Shown piece after piece: positions 51,074 to 64,000 of a stretch of DNA of 64,000 nt (the stretch's first letter is position 1; every line of letters begins with the position of its first letter). The translations under genes were made by a program, and so were the position numbers. Where the stretch lies: the NCBI GenBank assembly GCA_016748015.1, contig JAAOMT010000235.1:62001-126000 (forward strand), given 5' to 3'. The notes under the pieces were generated by a model. The model saw only the letters and a list, made by a program, of their open reading frames with translations. It was not told the origin of the DNA and made no database searches. The stretch comes from Geosiphon pyriformis uo1 (taxonomy: Eukaryota; Fungi; Glomeromycota).

Positions 51074-51744
51074 CTAATAAAAACTATGGGTTTCAACCAT
51101 AACATCATCCTCTCCAAAGAGATTAAGCTCCGGTGAAATCAAGCTATTTATGAGATAGTCTATGTGAAGGGTTTTGTCTAACTCAAAACTAACTAATTTG
51201 TTGAAGTCTTTTGTGGATAAGGTATATAATACTTGAGATGAAATAAGTTTTGTATCCAAGAGACCAAATCTTTGTATAAGAGTTCTGGCTCTTCTAGCAA
51301 TAGTCAAAACTCTTGGAACATCTAATCGTATAATGCCCAAATTTCCACTTGTATTTCTGAAGTTGTTTTCTTCATGAGCTTCATGTCTTCTATGATTTCA
51401 CCAAGACAACCATAGAGTTTTAGTTGTCTTCCATATGACAAGTTTTTGTCTATGGGCAAGATTTCTTGTATCATTTTTCCAATTGTGCTAGAAGGTGAAA
51501 GTATTGCTGCTGTTATGCTTTTTAGCAGGTATTTATCCATTTTGCCACCAATTCTTTCCCTTCTGGTAGTTGTTTTCTTTGGTCTGATAACAGTGTGAGT
51601 TCCACTGTTGTCTGTTATAGTGGTTTGTTTTCTGATAGTCAGAGTAGCATTTGGATAGTTCTTGATCCAATACTCATGGAGAGTATAGAAAGCATTTTGA
51701 ATGTTTTGATCCAGGAAGATACCTCTGTTTTGGGAATGGTGCAT
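51074..51744 (-). pseudogene. ORF3 of A3 (one frameshift)
   Basis: Highly similar to A1 ORF3; split into 51322-51744 and 51074-51340. Confidence 0.8.
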
Positions 51745-51748
51745 TTAT

Positions 51749-53049
51749 TTATATCTGATTTTTACTGATCATTTGGGTTGGTATTACCACAACAGGTAAC
51801 CAATCAGATTGTTTGTGATATTTCTTGAGTCACGTGCCATGAACAGGGCAATCACTGAATATTGTTCCATATTGATCTTGTAGAATATATGAACCATTGT
51901 TCAAAACTTTGTTGACTAAAAAAGGTCCTTTCCAGCAGCTGGAGAATTTATCACCATAGACATTGTCTCTGTCTGAATGGTATTCCAAAACTAAGTCACC
52001 AATACTTAAGGAAAGTGTTTTATAGGTCTTTTTCTTTTTGAGCTTCTCTTGGAACTGTTTTATCTTTTCAAAGGCAATTATCCGTGCTTCTACCAATGAG
52101 TCAAGAATGGTACCAAGTCTTCTTTGCAAAATGTTTTTGTAATCTCCTATTGTTATTTCTTCAAAAAGTATTGTTTCTATTGGTAGAGTTGCCATTCATC
52201 CATAGAGCAGATAAAAGGGTTCATAACTTGTTATGTCATGATTTACAGTTCTGTAGACAAACAAAGCTGAAGGCAATACTTTGTCCCAGAGGTTGGTTTT
52301 TTTACTGGTTTTGGCTAAAGTTTCACATAATGTTCTATTGAATGTTCCACTAGGCCATTTGTTTGAGGGTGGTAAGGGGAGGAAAGTTTATGACGTATTT
52401 CCATTTTCCTACAAAGTTCTTCAACCAGTATACTAAAAAAAGCTCTTCCTCTATCAGATAAAGGTTTTTTGGGGCAGCCGTGACAACAGATAATATCATC
52501 ATAAATAAAATTGGCAATTGAGACTGCTGTTTGATCTGGGGTGGCTCTTGCTTCTACCCACTTTGTAAAATAGTCGGTAGCTGTGATAATGTATCTGTTG
52601 CCATCAGGAGTTACTGTTAAAGGTCCAACAACATCTATACCAATTCTGTCAAATGGTTGACCAACAGAGATCAGATGGATATCTTCCTTGTGATTGGGTT
52701 TTCCTCTTCTTTGGCAGGTATCACAGGTTTTGATGTATTCAGCAATGTCTTTTCCCAAGGTAGGCCAATAATAGTGAGCTAAAGTTTTCTGAATTGTTTT
52801 TGTTTTTCCAAAGTGTCCAGCTAATGGATTAGTGTGCATATTGTAGATCACAATTTCTCTTTCTTCAAATCTGATAACTCTTTAGGGGCGGTCAGGATCT
52901 TTTTTATTTCTTTTATATAACTGGTTCTGGCAAATCAAATAGAAATTTGATTGTTTGCACAAATGTTCTCTTTGCTGTCGATTATAGTCCAGCGGGTATT
53001 GTCCTTTACTCAAAAATTCCATTAAGGCAGAGTAGTTGTCCAAGTCCAT
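51749..53049 (-). pseudogene. Integrase of A3 (separate ORF)
   Basis: Own ATG (MDLDNY); HHCC; FDRIGIDVVGPL; SSPYHPQTNGLVE; WKGPF. Confidence 0.9.
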
Positions 53050-53114
53050 TATCATGTTTGTTTGTGGGGGAGTTACAAATAATTAAGTTGGTTTGGTTTG
53101 AGAGGGTTTTACTA

Positions 53115-55794
53115 TTACTAGATGGTAAGTCTGGAGAGAGCGTCGGCGTTTTGATAATTAGCTCCTTTGTGGTGTTGAATGTCATAGTTGAATTCATCCA
53201 AGTGGAGTATCCAGTGAGTTATCCATTTATGTTCCAGGTTTCTTTTGTTGTGTAGCCAAACCAAAGCTTGGTGATCTGTTACCACCAAAAATTTTACACC
53301 CTTAAGATATTTGTCCCAGTAGCTGGTAGCCCAAACTACTGCTAAGCATTCTTGCTCAGTGACTGAGTAGTTCCTTTCTGCTGGTGTGAGAATTCTACTG
53401 GCATATGCTACGGCATGTTCCCTGCCATCTTCGTCTTTCTGGAAAAAAACAGCACCAAGTCCATAGCCAGATGCATCAGTATGGAGGATAAAAGGTTGAT
53501 CCAGATTAGGTTGCATGAAGATGGGTTCTGTAACCAGTTTTTCTTTCAGAATTTCAAATGCTTTTTGTTGATGAGTGCCCCAGTGATAATTGATGTTTTT
53601 CCTAAGTAGCTGATTAAGAGGAGCAGCAATTTTGGAGAAATCTTTGACAAACTTGCAATAATAAGAGGCCAAACCAAGAAAAGAGCGTAGTTTATAAACA
53701 TTCATTGGTTGTCTAATGTTTTGAACTTTTTCAATTTTGGCTGGATCAGGGAAGATTCCATCTTTTGTAATAAGATGGCCAAAGAACTGGATGAATTGAC
53801 ATCCAAAGAATGATTTGATTAGATTGATCTTGAGACCAGCATTTCTAAGGAGGTCAAAAACCTTTTGCAAATGTTTAAGGTGTTCATCCCAGGTTTTTGA
53901 GTATACCATTATGTCGTTCAAGTAGACTAGAACAAAGTTTTCTTTTACTGATTCAAATACTTTGTCCATTAAGCATTGAAAGGTGGGAGGAGCATTTGTG
54001 AGACCAAAAGGCATGACTGTGAATTTGTAGATGCCATACTTGGTGATGAAGGCAGTTTTCTTTCTGCTTTCTGGATCCATCTCTACTTGCCAGAATCCAG
54101 CAGTTAAGTCAATGGTTGAGAAGAAAGCGGCACCATAGAATTGGTCTAGTATTGCATCAATCTTGGGAAGTGGGTACATGTCTCTTTCAGTAATGGCATT
54201 TAATTGGTGATAGTCAACACAAAAGCGTAGGGTTCCTCCTTTCTTGGATATCACTACAACCGGGAATGCCCATTCACTCTTGGTTTCCTGTATGAATCCA
54301 AGGTTTTTCATTTGGGTTATTTCCTTTTTGATAAATTCATCATTGCACTGGTTGGATTGATAGGGCTTCAAATGGATGGGGCAAGTTTCTCTGGTAATGA
54401 TGGTGTGTTGTATCACATGTGTACATCCAGGAGTTTCATCTTCTTTTGAGATAACTGGGTTGTTTCTAGCCAGCAGGTTTTCAATGTCTATCTTTCTTTC
54501 TTCTGGAGAGAGTTCTCTTTGTTCTACAACCAGTGATTGGATTTCAGATGGTTCGTTTTCAAAGGACTTTTGGACTTCTTTTATTTCCTCTTGGGGTATC
54601 AAGCTGATTGGTTCCCAATCTTTGTAATAGATCAGACAGGACATGCATTTATTGTTAGAAGAATACAATGGTTTGTCGCACCAGCACCAGGCACAAGGAC
54701 CATGCCACCAATAACTGTATTTGGCTTTCTTGCCTGGCTTTCTGTTAAAAGTTCTTCTGAGCATGTCATAATAAGGCCAGCAGATCAGCTTGCCATTGAC
54801 AATAATTCCTTCTTTATCTGCCTTGACATTATCCAGTGGTTTGCCATTACTGGTAAAGATGGTATAGGCGAGTTTAGCAGTTTCTTTTTGTTCTTCTTGT
54901 TTTTCTTCTTCCTCACTTTCTTCATTATCTGATTTGTCTAATTCATTTTCTTCTGGGCTCTGCTTGGGTACTGGGGGAGTTGTCCAATGGCAATATTTAA
55001 CCACAATGGGTTTCTCATCACATCTGATGGTTAGTTCACAAAGTTCATAATCAAGCTTTCTTGAGCCATTCATTGTCAACAATGATGATGTATTCTTTCA
55101 CTTCAGATACTTCCATATCAGTTTCAATGCTGATGCCATTGATGCGGACAGGAATAGCTTTGGCTATGCCAAGCCCTTTCTTCTTATCACTATGCACATT
55201 GGTCATTGGTCGTGTGGATGGTTCATCAATTTTTCTGCCAATTGCTTCAAGAAAGTGTTTAACAATAACACTAACAGATGATCCACTGTCTAGGATCAAA
55301 TTGATGAAGTAGCCAGCCACTTGGGCTTTGCAAATTAGAGGAGTGACATTGCTATTGTCAGCAAGTTCAGCTTGGCAAGAGCGTTTGTTGGTTTTGGGTG
55401 TCTTTTTCTTTGGAATCAGAGATTTGTGAAGATCTTTTCTGAATTGTGGATGGGTCATCAATTGGCCAAAGGTTATATGTGCTGGGGTTTCCATGAGGTC
55501 TTTGACAACAGAATAGGGGCCGGATTTTTGTACTATTTCTGGGGGTTCCAACTTTGGAGGGTTTTTGAAAACTTTAGCTTTTGGTGGTTCATTGTTGTCA
55601 GCAGTTGATGTAGAAGCTTTATTGGGGTCCAGAATGAAATCAACTTTGGCTTTCTTCTTTCTTGTGGATTCAGAGGGGTTGATTGCTAATTCATCCATGT
55701 CATGGTCATCATCAGTTAAGTTAAAAGCGTAAAAGGGGTTTTCTTCTGGTTGGCTTGCACTCTCATCCTTTGGAGGTGTGCCTACCAGTTTAAA
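53115..55794 (-). pseudogene. pol of A3 (PR-RT-RH)
   Basis: 215-aa and 654-aa ORFs with protease, RT and RNase H motifs; ends NADALSRLTI*. Confidence 0.92.
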
Positions 55795-57257
55795 GGCTGA
55801 TAAACAGTGGCTTCAACTAGGGGATCCTCTCCAAAGAAATTGATGTTGGTATGATTGGGCATCATTGTTTCTGGGAACTGGTGGAGGCAGTAGAGGATTG
55901 TTGCAATTTCTTGAAAAGTGTCCAGTTAATACACAGCGATAGCATACAGGTGGGCCACAATTTTGTTGTCTTTGATAAGATGGTTGCTGGGACTGATTGA
56001 AGCATGGTTCAAATCTGGGTCTTTGTGGTTGTTGATTTTCTCTCTAATAACCAGGCAAGATTTGCTGTAAGTCTGTCTATTAACTGTTCATTTGAATCTT
56101 GAGTGTGAGTGGCAAAAGAAGTAGCAGCCATTTGAGGGGCAGGAGCAGGAGCAAAAACTGGTAGTGTGGATCCCAAGTGCATCCTTTGGTTATCTTCAAT
56201 TCTTTGTGCTAATTCAATGACCATATCCATGGTGGGGTTATCTTTCAGGGCCAGGAGGAGCCAGAGCATACAATAGATCAGTTTTCAATCCTTTTGTGAA
56301 GGAGTGAATTTTCTGCTCTTCTGTCCAATTTCTCCCAGAGTCTACACGTTTGATTAGCTTTCTAATAGCTTTGGCATATTCAGTCACTACTTCTCCAGGG
56401 CCTTGGGTTCTTCTTTCCAATTTCATGTACCATTTGGATATTAATATTGGGGTTCTGAACTTGGCCTCAAATTGGGTAGTGAAAGAGGTATTTTCTTCTC
56501 CAGCATTAATTGGTGTCCATCTGATTATTCTGTGTTGAGCATTGGCATCTGTTTCTTGTGAGAACCAGGTAGCAGAAGAGCCTTGGAGGTAGCCACCAAC
56601 AATTTGGAACTTGTATTCTTCATTATACTGGTTGGCTGTGGCAGCTCTCTCAAAATCATCCAACCATTCAATTGGATCTTGTGCATCACCTCTAAATAGT
56701 GGTAGTGGGGTATTGTTTCTTCTTTCTAGAGCAGTTTGTATACCTTGGAGGGTGGCCAGAATGTTTGCTTGCATGGGGTCATTAGCCATTGGTTCAGGGG
56801 TAACTGTTTGTGTATACGAGTCTGATTCACTTGATAAAAGATCAAAAACAGGGGCAGTTTGGTAGCTTTCTTCTTCTGTTTCAAAGAGAGTTTCAGTTAC
56901 TTGATGGGCAGCAATCCAGATGTGGATTTGATGATTCAGATATTCGAAATCAGGAGGCTGTTGTTCAAAGGTTGCAGAATATAAGAGCTGATTGATACTG
57001 TTGTTTCTTTCTTCAAAGTCGTTTTCAAAATAAGCTTGGTCAAAGTAATAGGTTGTATAAGCTGTGTAGGTTTTAGCTGAATACTCGTTCATGAACCAGT
57101 TCCAAAAGTCTTGGAATTGTCTACTGGATTGTTCTTCAAGGGGGAAGCAGATCAAGCAGGAGGGCAGAAGATTAAGTTCAATAAAATCTAGGTCATTTCT
57201 GTTGTGTGCTACAAAGTGTTCTTCTGATTGCTGTGGCAGATATGAGTAATCACCCAT
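55782..57257 (-). pseudogene. gag of A3
   Basis: Homologous to A2 gag; frameshifted. Confidence 0.9.
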
Positions 57258-57286
57258 ACAATGAGGGAATAAGTGAATTTTGACAA

Positions 57287-57303
57287 CCTCACAGGGAGCA
57301 CCA
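57287..57303 (-). promoter_or_regulatory. PBS of A3, best preserved copy (TGGTGCTCCCTGTGAGG)
   Basis: Its complement CCTCACAGGGAGCACCA resembles the 3' end of eukaryotic elongator tRNA-Met (compared from memory). Confidence 0.85.
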
Positions 57304-58282
57304 CTTTTATGTTATGGATTGGAGTAACAAGCTAACAGATAGCAAGAGAGAACAGAATTGTAGGGTGATGGAATTAATCAAAAGGGGAATTCAACTTTAA
57401 AGAGCAAATTGAATGAGTATGGATTCAATGTGTGAGATCAGTCTCATAAAATATTTCAGTTGCTATTCTTTTCAAAGGTAACTGAGGAATCTGAAGGTAG
57501 AGGGATAGTCTGTACTGTCAACAATTGATCACCACTGGTATAATTCTATGCCTCACATCGGTGCTCTTAAAATTTAATATCAGGTATCAACTTGTGCTTT
57601 TCAGTCACGTTTATTCAAATAATCTTCAAATGCTACAATTATATATGTCAGGAAAAGGCCAACAAGTAATTTTTTATCCAAAAGATGTTCAGATACTTGA
57701 AAGTAGGGAAAGGGAAATTAGCGATAAGAGAATGTCTGAGATGGAAGTTTGTTATTTTATTTCTTTGATTGTCTTGATTCCTTACATTGATCATGTCTTT
57801 CAACAGCTAAGGGAATCATCGCTTATATAGTTATCTAAAGTGGTCAATGACCAGGTCAATGATCAGGTCAATGATCACTATCTAAAAATAGGGTGGCTAA
57901 TTATATGACATCAGTGTCTAATACATGTAATAACTAATAAAAACTATGGGTTTCAACCATAACAATATAAAACACTTTCCTTAAGTGTTGGTGACTTAGT
58001 TTTAGAATACCGTTCAGACAGAGACAATGTCTATGGTGATAAATTCTCTAGCTGGTGAAAAAGACTCTTTATAGTCAACAAAGTTTTGAACAATGGTTCT
58101 TATATCTTACAAGATCAATATGGAACAATCTTCAATGATCACTCTGTTCATGGCACACAACTCAAGAAATATTACAAACGACCTGATTGGTTATCTGTTG
58201 TAGTAATACTGACCCAAATGATCAACAAAAATCAGATATAAATAAATGCACCATTCCCAAAACAGAGGTATTTTCAATCGAC

Positions 58283-58939
58283 ATGAACAATTATTTCCTA
58301 GATCAAAACATTTAAAATGCTTTCTACACTCTCCATGAGTACTGGATCAAAAATTATCCAAATGCTACTCTGACCATTGGAAAACAAACCACCATAACTG
58401 ATAACAGTGGAACACATACTGTTATTAGACCAAAGAAAACCACTACCAGAAGAGAAAGAATTGGTAGCAAAATGGATAAGTATTTGCTAAAAAGCATAAC
58501 AGCAGCAATACTTATATCTTCCATGACAATTGGAAAAACGATTAAGGAAATCTTGCCCATAGACAAAAACTTGTCATATGAAAGGCAAGTAAAACTCTAT
58601 GGTCATCTTGGTGAAATCATAGAAGAAATGAAGTTCATAAAGAAAACAACTTCAGAGATACAAGTGGAAATTTTGGGCATTATACGTTTAGATGTCCCAA
58701 AAGTTTTGACCATTGCAAGAAGAGCCAAAACTCTTATACAAAGATTTGGTCTCTTGGATACAAAGCTTATTTCGCCTCAAGTACTATACACTCTATCCAC
58801 AAAAGACTTCAACAAACTAGTTAGTTTTGAGTTAAACAAAACACTTCAATTAGAATACCTTATAAATAGCTTGATTTTGCTGGAGCTCAATCTCTTTGGA
58901 GAGGATGATGTTATGGTTGAAATCCATAATTTTTATTAG
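58283..58939 (+). pseudogene. ORF3 of A2 (one premature TAA)
   Basis: MNNYFLDQ start; ends ELNLFGEDDVMVEIHNFY* inside the LTR. Confidence 0.8.
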
Positions 58940-59613
58940 TTATCACATGTATTAGTCACTGATGTCATATAATTAGCCACTCTATTTTTAGATAGTGATT
59001 ATTGACCTGATCAATGACCTGACTGTTGACCTGATTATTGACCTGATCATTGACCTGATCAATGATCTGATCATTGACCTAGTCGTTGACCTGGTCGTTG
59101 ACCACTTTCAATAGCTATATAAGCAATGAGTCTCTTAGCTGTAGAAAATCATCTTTCAAATAAATAAAAATAACAACTTTCATCTCAATTACTCTCTTAT
59201 TACTAATTTTTCTTTCTCTACCTTCAAGTATCTGAACATCTTAGGATAAAAGATTACTTGTTGGCCTTTTTCTGTTTGAATAATTGTAGTATTTGAAGAC
59301 TATTTGTATAAACGTGACTGAAGAACACAAGTTGATACCTGATATTGAATTCTAAAAGCGCTGATATGAAGGCATAGAATTAATACCAGTGGTGATCAAT
59401 TGTTGACAGTATGGACTATCCCTCTACCTTTAGATTCCCTTGTTACCTTTTGAAAAGAATAGCAACTAAGATATTTTATGAGACTGATCTCGCACATTGA
59501 ATCCATACTCATTCAATTTGCTCATTGAAGTTGAATCCCCTTTGATTATTTCCATCACCCTACAATCCTGTTCTCCCTTGCTATCTGTTAGCTTGTTACT
59601 CCAACTCGTAACA
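58909..59613 (+). repeat. 3' LTR of A2
   Basis: Follows the PPT GGAGAGGATGA at 58898-58908. Confidence 0.93.
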
Positions 59614-59935
59614 TCATGATGCACCTATGAGAAGATCAGTTTCCAAGAATCAAATCCAGTCCTGATCAGACTGCTAAGTGGATGAGTAATATGGTTAAGA
59701 ATAGTCATAAGCTTGTTAGCATTATGAGTAAGATGTACAAATTAGAAATGTTTGATACATTGAGTAGCAAAAGTAGTACTAGTATGTAGTTAGAGCTTTC
59801 CACTAAGTGGTTAGCTGCATTTTGTAAACTTTGTATTATTGGATGAACTGACTTTATGAAAGCACCAACTTTATTGTTTGACAAAACTAATAAACAATCA
59901 TTGTGGCTACACGTTAACATAAAAAAAAAAAAAAA

Positions 59936-60479
59936 CAGCTCAAAACTCCTAATTGACACACATAAAATGCAATTAAAGCAGTGATAGGAGAAAAAAGAAT
60001 TGATCTTAACATAAACAAAGTGGCTGCACATACTGGTATATCTTAAAAATGAGATGGCTAACAAACTAGCCAAAGAAGCTACTACTTTTGACACAGTGGT
60101 GTGGACTTACAATGCTAAGAACATCAGTTATATCCCTTCTTGCAGAGGAGTTGAATTAGATCTGAATATCAGACATTTTCTGAGCCAACAGACTGGAATT
60201 CAAGGAGCCTTGGATTGGATTAGCAATAACAAAGTACAAAAGACAGTAGGGTCTTTGGACCAGAGAGTAGACTGGAAAAGCACAACCAAAGTGTAGAACT
60301 AGGATGGTAAAATGTCATCAGGCTTCATCTCAGCTGGTTTTTCAGTAATGCATACATTTATTATGAAATCATTCCACAATATGTTGCCAATGGCAGAGGT
60401 GCTATACAACAGATGTTTTTTAGTGTATATGAACAATCTGTGCAAAGTGTGTTACACAGAAGTTGAAACCAACCAAAAC
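59936..60479 (+). pseudogene. LINE-c ORF2 (C-half of RNase H, start of CCHC)
   Basis: KVAAHTG..NEMANKLAK; LP.AEVLY..LCKVC..ETNQ. Confidence 0.86.
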
Positions 60480-62864
60480 TTTTTTTTTTTTTTATGTTAA
60501 CATGTAATTATGTTGATCATTTATTAGTTTTGTCTAACAATAAAGTTGGCACTTTCATAAAGCCAGCTCACCCAATAATACAAAGTTTACAAGATGTGGT
60601 TAACCACTTAGTGAAAAGTCCTAACTACATGCTAGTACTACTTTTGCTACCTAATGTATCAAATATTTCTAATTTGTATATCTTACCCATAATGCTAACA
60701 AGCTTATGACTATTCTTAACCATACTACTTATCCACTTAGCAGTCTGATCAGGACTGGATTTGATACTAGAAGGCTGATCTTCCCATAGGTGCATCATGA
60801 CATCGAAGGTGTTATCATAAACTGAAAAATCTTTATCTTTATCATCATCATCATCAACATCATCAACCATGTCATCCATTCTCCAAGCAAATCCGTTCAC
60901 TTATTGTCTCAAGACGTGTTAATCTTTTCTGCATCACAGTGGCAACAGCAGCCAAGCCTTTATTTTGCTTAGCCAACCCATCTATACATTCTTTAACTGA
61001 CACATCTACAGCAACCAGAGCACCAACAGGTTCAACCAAGGATTTAATTAACACAGATAGTTCATTAAGGTGGGATTCAAGAAAAGCCAACCTAGATTCA
61101 ACAGCAGTATTGGGAACAGAGGAGACAGCAGGCAACACAGGTGTTGTAGTTTTGGGAGAACCACCAAGATCCAACTCCATATTAGCAGCAGCAGCACCAG
61201 AAGGAACCACAAAAACAGCAGCCTTGGCATAAGATTTAGATTCAACAAATGAAGATTTGAAATTTTTGGGGCCATCAAAGGTGTTGGAAGAGAGTTTAGG
61301 TGGAAGAGGAGGCAACTTCTTGTAGTCCACAGCCAAATAATTCAAGTCTTGACACCTGTAGCAGCAGCGACACCCAGGAGTTTCCCACCAGATGCAACAA
61401 CCATGCAAGGTACCAGTTTTTGACACAGCAACATTCAGAGATTCCAAAGAATCAAAGGTAACCACAGCAAAGTGTTGACATTGATAAGATTCAGGAGAGT
61501 AAAGAATAAAACATGTACGGCCACCAACTTAAGAGACCAAATCACTTATCTCAAAGGCAGTACAGCCAAATGAAAGATTGACCAACTTAGCTTTGAATGC
61601 ATCTCTTAAGGAAATAACCTCTTTTTGGTTGGCAACAGGAAAAATCCTAACACTATCTTTTCTAACCAATACAGACCAGTTAAAGAGAGCAGCAGCAGCA
61701 GAAGAAATGTCCTTAAAATTAACCACAGCATATTGCCATAAGCCAGCAGGCTTCAACTTAACAGAAGTGACAACACCAAAAATGCCAAAAGCAGTTTTGA
61801 TGTCATTAGAAGAAGTACCCAAAGATATGTTGCACAATGCAACTGACAAGGAAGGGAAAGAAACAGAGACCACATCAGAAGACCGTGCAATCTTAAGAGT
61901 GGTCAAAAACACCTCATCACTGATGGCCACTTTGGTGGCACTATTTAGACACTCCTGAGATGCAAATTCCACACAGAACAACTTAACAGCATCTCATGAA
62001 ACTGACTTAAGCCCAATACAACCAGGCAGTAACTGAAACAAGGAACCAAGCAGGGCCATTTTGATCTTGAATGTAGCTCCAGGTACTAAATTGGAGGCCA
62101 CCCAACCAGAGAACCTCTGATGACCATTCACATTTTCCCAAGCACCATCATTAGCAGCACCAGAAACTGGGGGAGGGACAGTTGATTCCATTTCTATCTA
62201 ATCAGCCCAATCTTTGAGATCATCTGGATTGATGGACTGTTTTGCTACTGGGATTGGTGATGATCTGCCAGAGATTACCACTCAGGCAACACAGCCAGTG
62301 GTTGATCTTGGCCCATCTTGGGAGATGTGTTGCTGCTGTTGCTGTCCATATTAGAAAGAGGGCTGGCTGCTGCTGTGGAGATCTTACCGAAGATTTCATC
62401 TGGGATTCAGTGTGATGAAAGCAGTTGTGACTGCCTGCTGCTGTTTTTTGGAATTTTTGGCTTTCATGGCCATTTGTGAAGCAGTAATAGTAGAAGTAAT
62501 AGTGGAAGTGATGAGAGCAGGAAAAACCAACTTGTTGACTGGTCTGTTATTAAAAATCTTTGGGCTTTTTGAAGTAGTGGAGACAACACTGGGACTAATC
62601 CAAGTGTGTCTTTTTGAAAGAACTTTGACTGGAGAAGAACTACCAGCCAAAGGTGAAAAAAATGAACCAGAAGCTGCTAAAAGCAGCTTATTACTATTAT
62701 TTTTTAAAGGAAATGTAGCCAAAACGTTTTGTCTAGCTGTTTCAATAACAGAGAGACTTTCTTGTGTTGAAACTTTATTAGTTATTATAGGAAAAGTAAT
62801 GTTTGCAGCTTTTTTATTCTTAGCTCTATTTGTGGTCATGAAATTTAGGAGAGAAAGAGTTTTT
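60480..62864 (-). mobile_element. ORF1-only element, copy H5 (complete; no TSD, small target deletion)
   Basis: Disrupted ORF 62839 to 60625; shared 3' tail; poly(A) at 60480-60493. Confidence 0.88.
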
Positions 62865-63506
62865 AAGATGCTGATAGATGATGTAAGGAATGAGTGGATG
62901 TGGTGCTTATCAAAGGCTGTGAGAGGGAAACATAAAATCTTGGACCCTGGTGAGAGGGTTGTTCTGTCTAATGAGTACATCAGGACAATGCCCAACATAG
63001 ATCTGCTATGAAAAGACTGATCAATGAGCAATTTGAAAGAATCAGAGGATTAATAATAATGTCTTAATTAAGGTGTGTAAATAGGCTGTGACTCAAGCAA
63101 GGAATAGACTATGGAGAGAACATTGTAGGCTACAAACTAAGTGGGAAAAAATGATAGATATTGATAACAGAATTAAGAAAAACCTATCACAGGTGACCAG
63201 TATATACAAATCGCCTAAAAATAATGGTAATAGTGGTGGTAACTCCAATAGTAAAATGAATGATGGATTCCAACATTGTAATAAGATATTGACTGATGTT
63301 TTGGGTAGTAGAATTACTTTAAGTAATAGTGTAATACCTCTTAGATTTTCTGGTTATACTAGTGTGTAGTTAGGCATAACCACTTTGTGGTTAGCCACAT
63401 CTTGTAACTTAGATTATTGGGTGAGTTGGCTTTATGAAAAAGCCGTGCTTTTTGAGTATGGCTAAACTAATAAAAGACCAGTGTGACTACACATTAACAA
63501 AAAAAA
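62865..63506 (+). pseudogene. LINE-c ORF2 C-terminus, 3' UTR and poly(A)
   Basis: KMLIDDVRNEW...FSGYTSV* (stop at 63367-63369), then the structured 3' UTR. Confidence 0.88.
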
Positions 63507-64000
63507 AAGTATTATTATCTGCAATGTTCTGTTCTAAATTGAAGTTGGATGTACTATACATTATTTGTTTTCATAGATTTAGATTTTTCAGCCATAGCAC
63601 TATTCCAGTTATCCTGTTTTTCCACTTGTTTTAGCAGTATCATAATAAATTCCAGGGTCTTTTTCCTCTGAGGTATGTTTGGAGAACATATCCTGTTTCG
63701 CTTTTTTATTACCCTCTTCTTTCTTTTCCTCTGATATGTGACTTGGTGGTTGATTCACCACTCTGCCTTCATTTTTTTCTTCTACTGTTACTCCAAGTTT
63801 TAAAACTACAGCATTCAGTAGTTTAGTCATTTCATTTACCTGTTGTCTCAATTCATTAATTTCAATTTTTCATGGCTGGTCTGCTTCTTTTTTTTGTTGG
63901 CCCTCTTTATTGTTTGCTTGTGAGCCAGCTTTTTGAGACCCACTTGGTTTTGTATTATTCCTATTATTAGATGGGTTTAGTGCCACCATTTTAGCATATG
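63507..64000 (-). mobile_element. LINE-b fragment 2 (ORF1 C-terminus and ORF2 start), runs off the window
   Basis: Homologous to 33060-33600 (RQQVNEMTKLLNAV..). Confidence 0.88.

Larger units (their letters stand above)
50474..57964 (-). mobile_element. Ty3/Gypsy family A copy A3 (full length), nested antisense in the A2 integrase
   Basis: ATAT TSD at 50470-50473 and 57965-57968; LTRs 50474-51104 and 57310-57964; PPT 51105-51115. Confidence 0.95.
49433..58241 (+). pseudogene. Integrase of A2 (49433-50473 and 57969-58241), split by A3
   Basis: HHCC, IGIDVVG, DYFTKWVEA, LSDRG, SSPY; KKKTY|KTLSL continues across the A3 TSD. Confidence 0.88.
44423..59613 (+). mobile_element. Ty3/Gypsy family A copy A2 (full length, interrupted by A3)
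   Basis: TCAT TSD at 44419-44422 and 59614-59617; LTRs 44423-45111 and 58909-59613. Confidence 0.95.
42393..59935 (+). mobile_element. ORF1-only element, copy H4, split by Gypsy A2 (42393-44422 and 59618-59935)
   Basis: TSD CAGCTCAAAA at 42383-42392 and 59936-59945; ATG 42434; poly(A) at 59921-59935. Confidence 0.9.

Noticed and set aside
57525-57830. Short ORFs within A LTRs (also 7020-7211)
   Set aside because: Antisense to the element and not kept open in the other LTR copies.
44419-59617. Idea that every Gypsy TSD was originally NCGN (CpG targeting)
   Set aside because: Uninterrupted homologous sites in other copies read TCAT, ATGT or (A/C)TAT with no sign of CG, so only the YR preference is supported.
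63412-63475. Hammerhead ribozyme in the shared 3' UTR (CTTTATGA-stem-AAAC)
   Set aside because: The core deviates from CUGANGA/GAAA in every copy and no NUH cleavage junction is evident.

Overview
This is an AT-rich, strongly CpG-depleted eukaryotic window made entirely of nested, decayed retrotransposons; no host gene was found. It looks fungal and resembles Glomeromycotina/Mucoromycota repeat DNA, but that is an impression, not a tested result. Most junctions can be read from target-site duplications (TSDs). (1) Ty3/Gypsy family A: A1 3-7733(-), A2 44423-59613(+), A3 50474-57964(-) nested inside A2, and a solo LTR at 31987-32630. (2) Ty3/Gypsy family B 9137-18686(+), which carries a dUTPase and Cys-rich inserts and sits inside a probable solo LTR of a third family (8337-18857). 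(3) Four copies of an APE-RT-RNase H-CCHC LINE, including one full-length copy stretched over 27935-63506 by nested insertions. (4) Five copies of a ~2.4 kb non-autonomous element that encodes only an ORF1-like protein (2xRRM + CCHC + coiled coil) and shares a structured 3' tail with the LINE. The main candidates for novelty are this ORF1-only LINE partner, and a Gypsy architecture shared by families A and B. In that architecture, integrase is a separate cistron, a conserved non-env ORF3 reads through the PPT into the 3' LTR, and Gag has an AUG-free N-terminal extension. Family A LTRs also carry a split sequence complementary to the anticodon arm of the primer tRNA-Met. All elements are damaged mainly by C>T/G>A substitutions.
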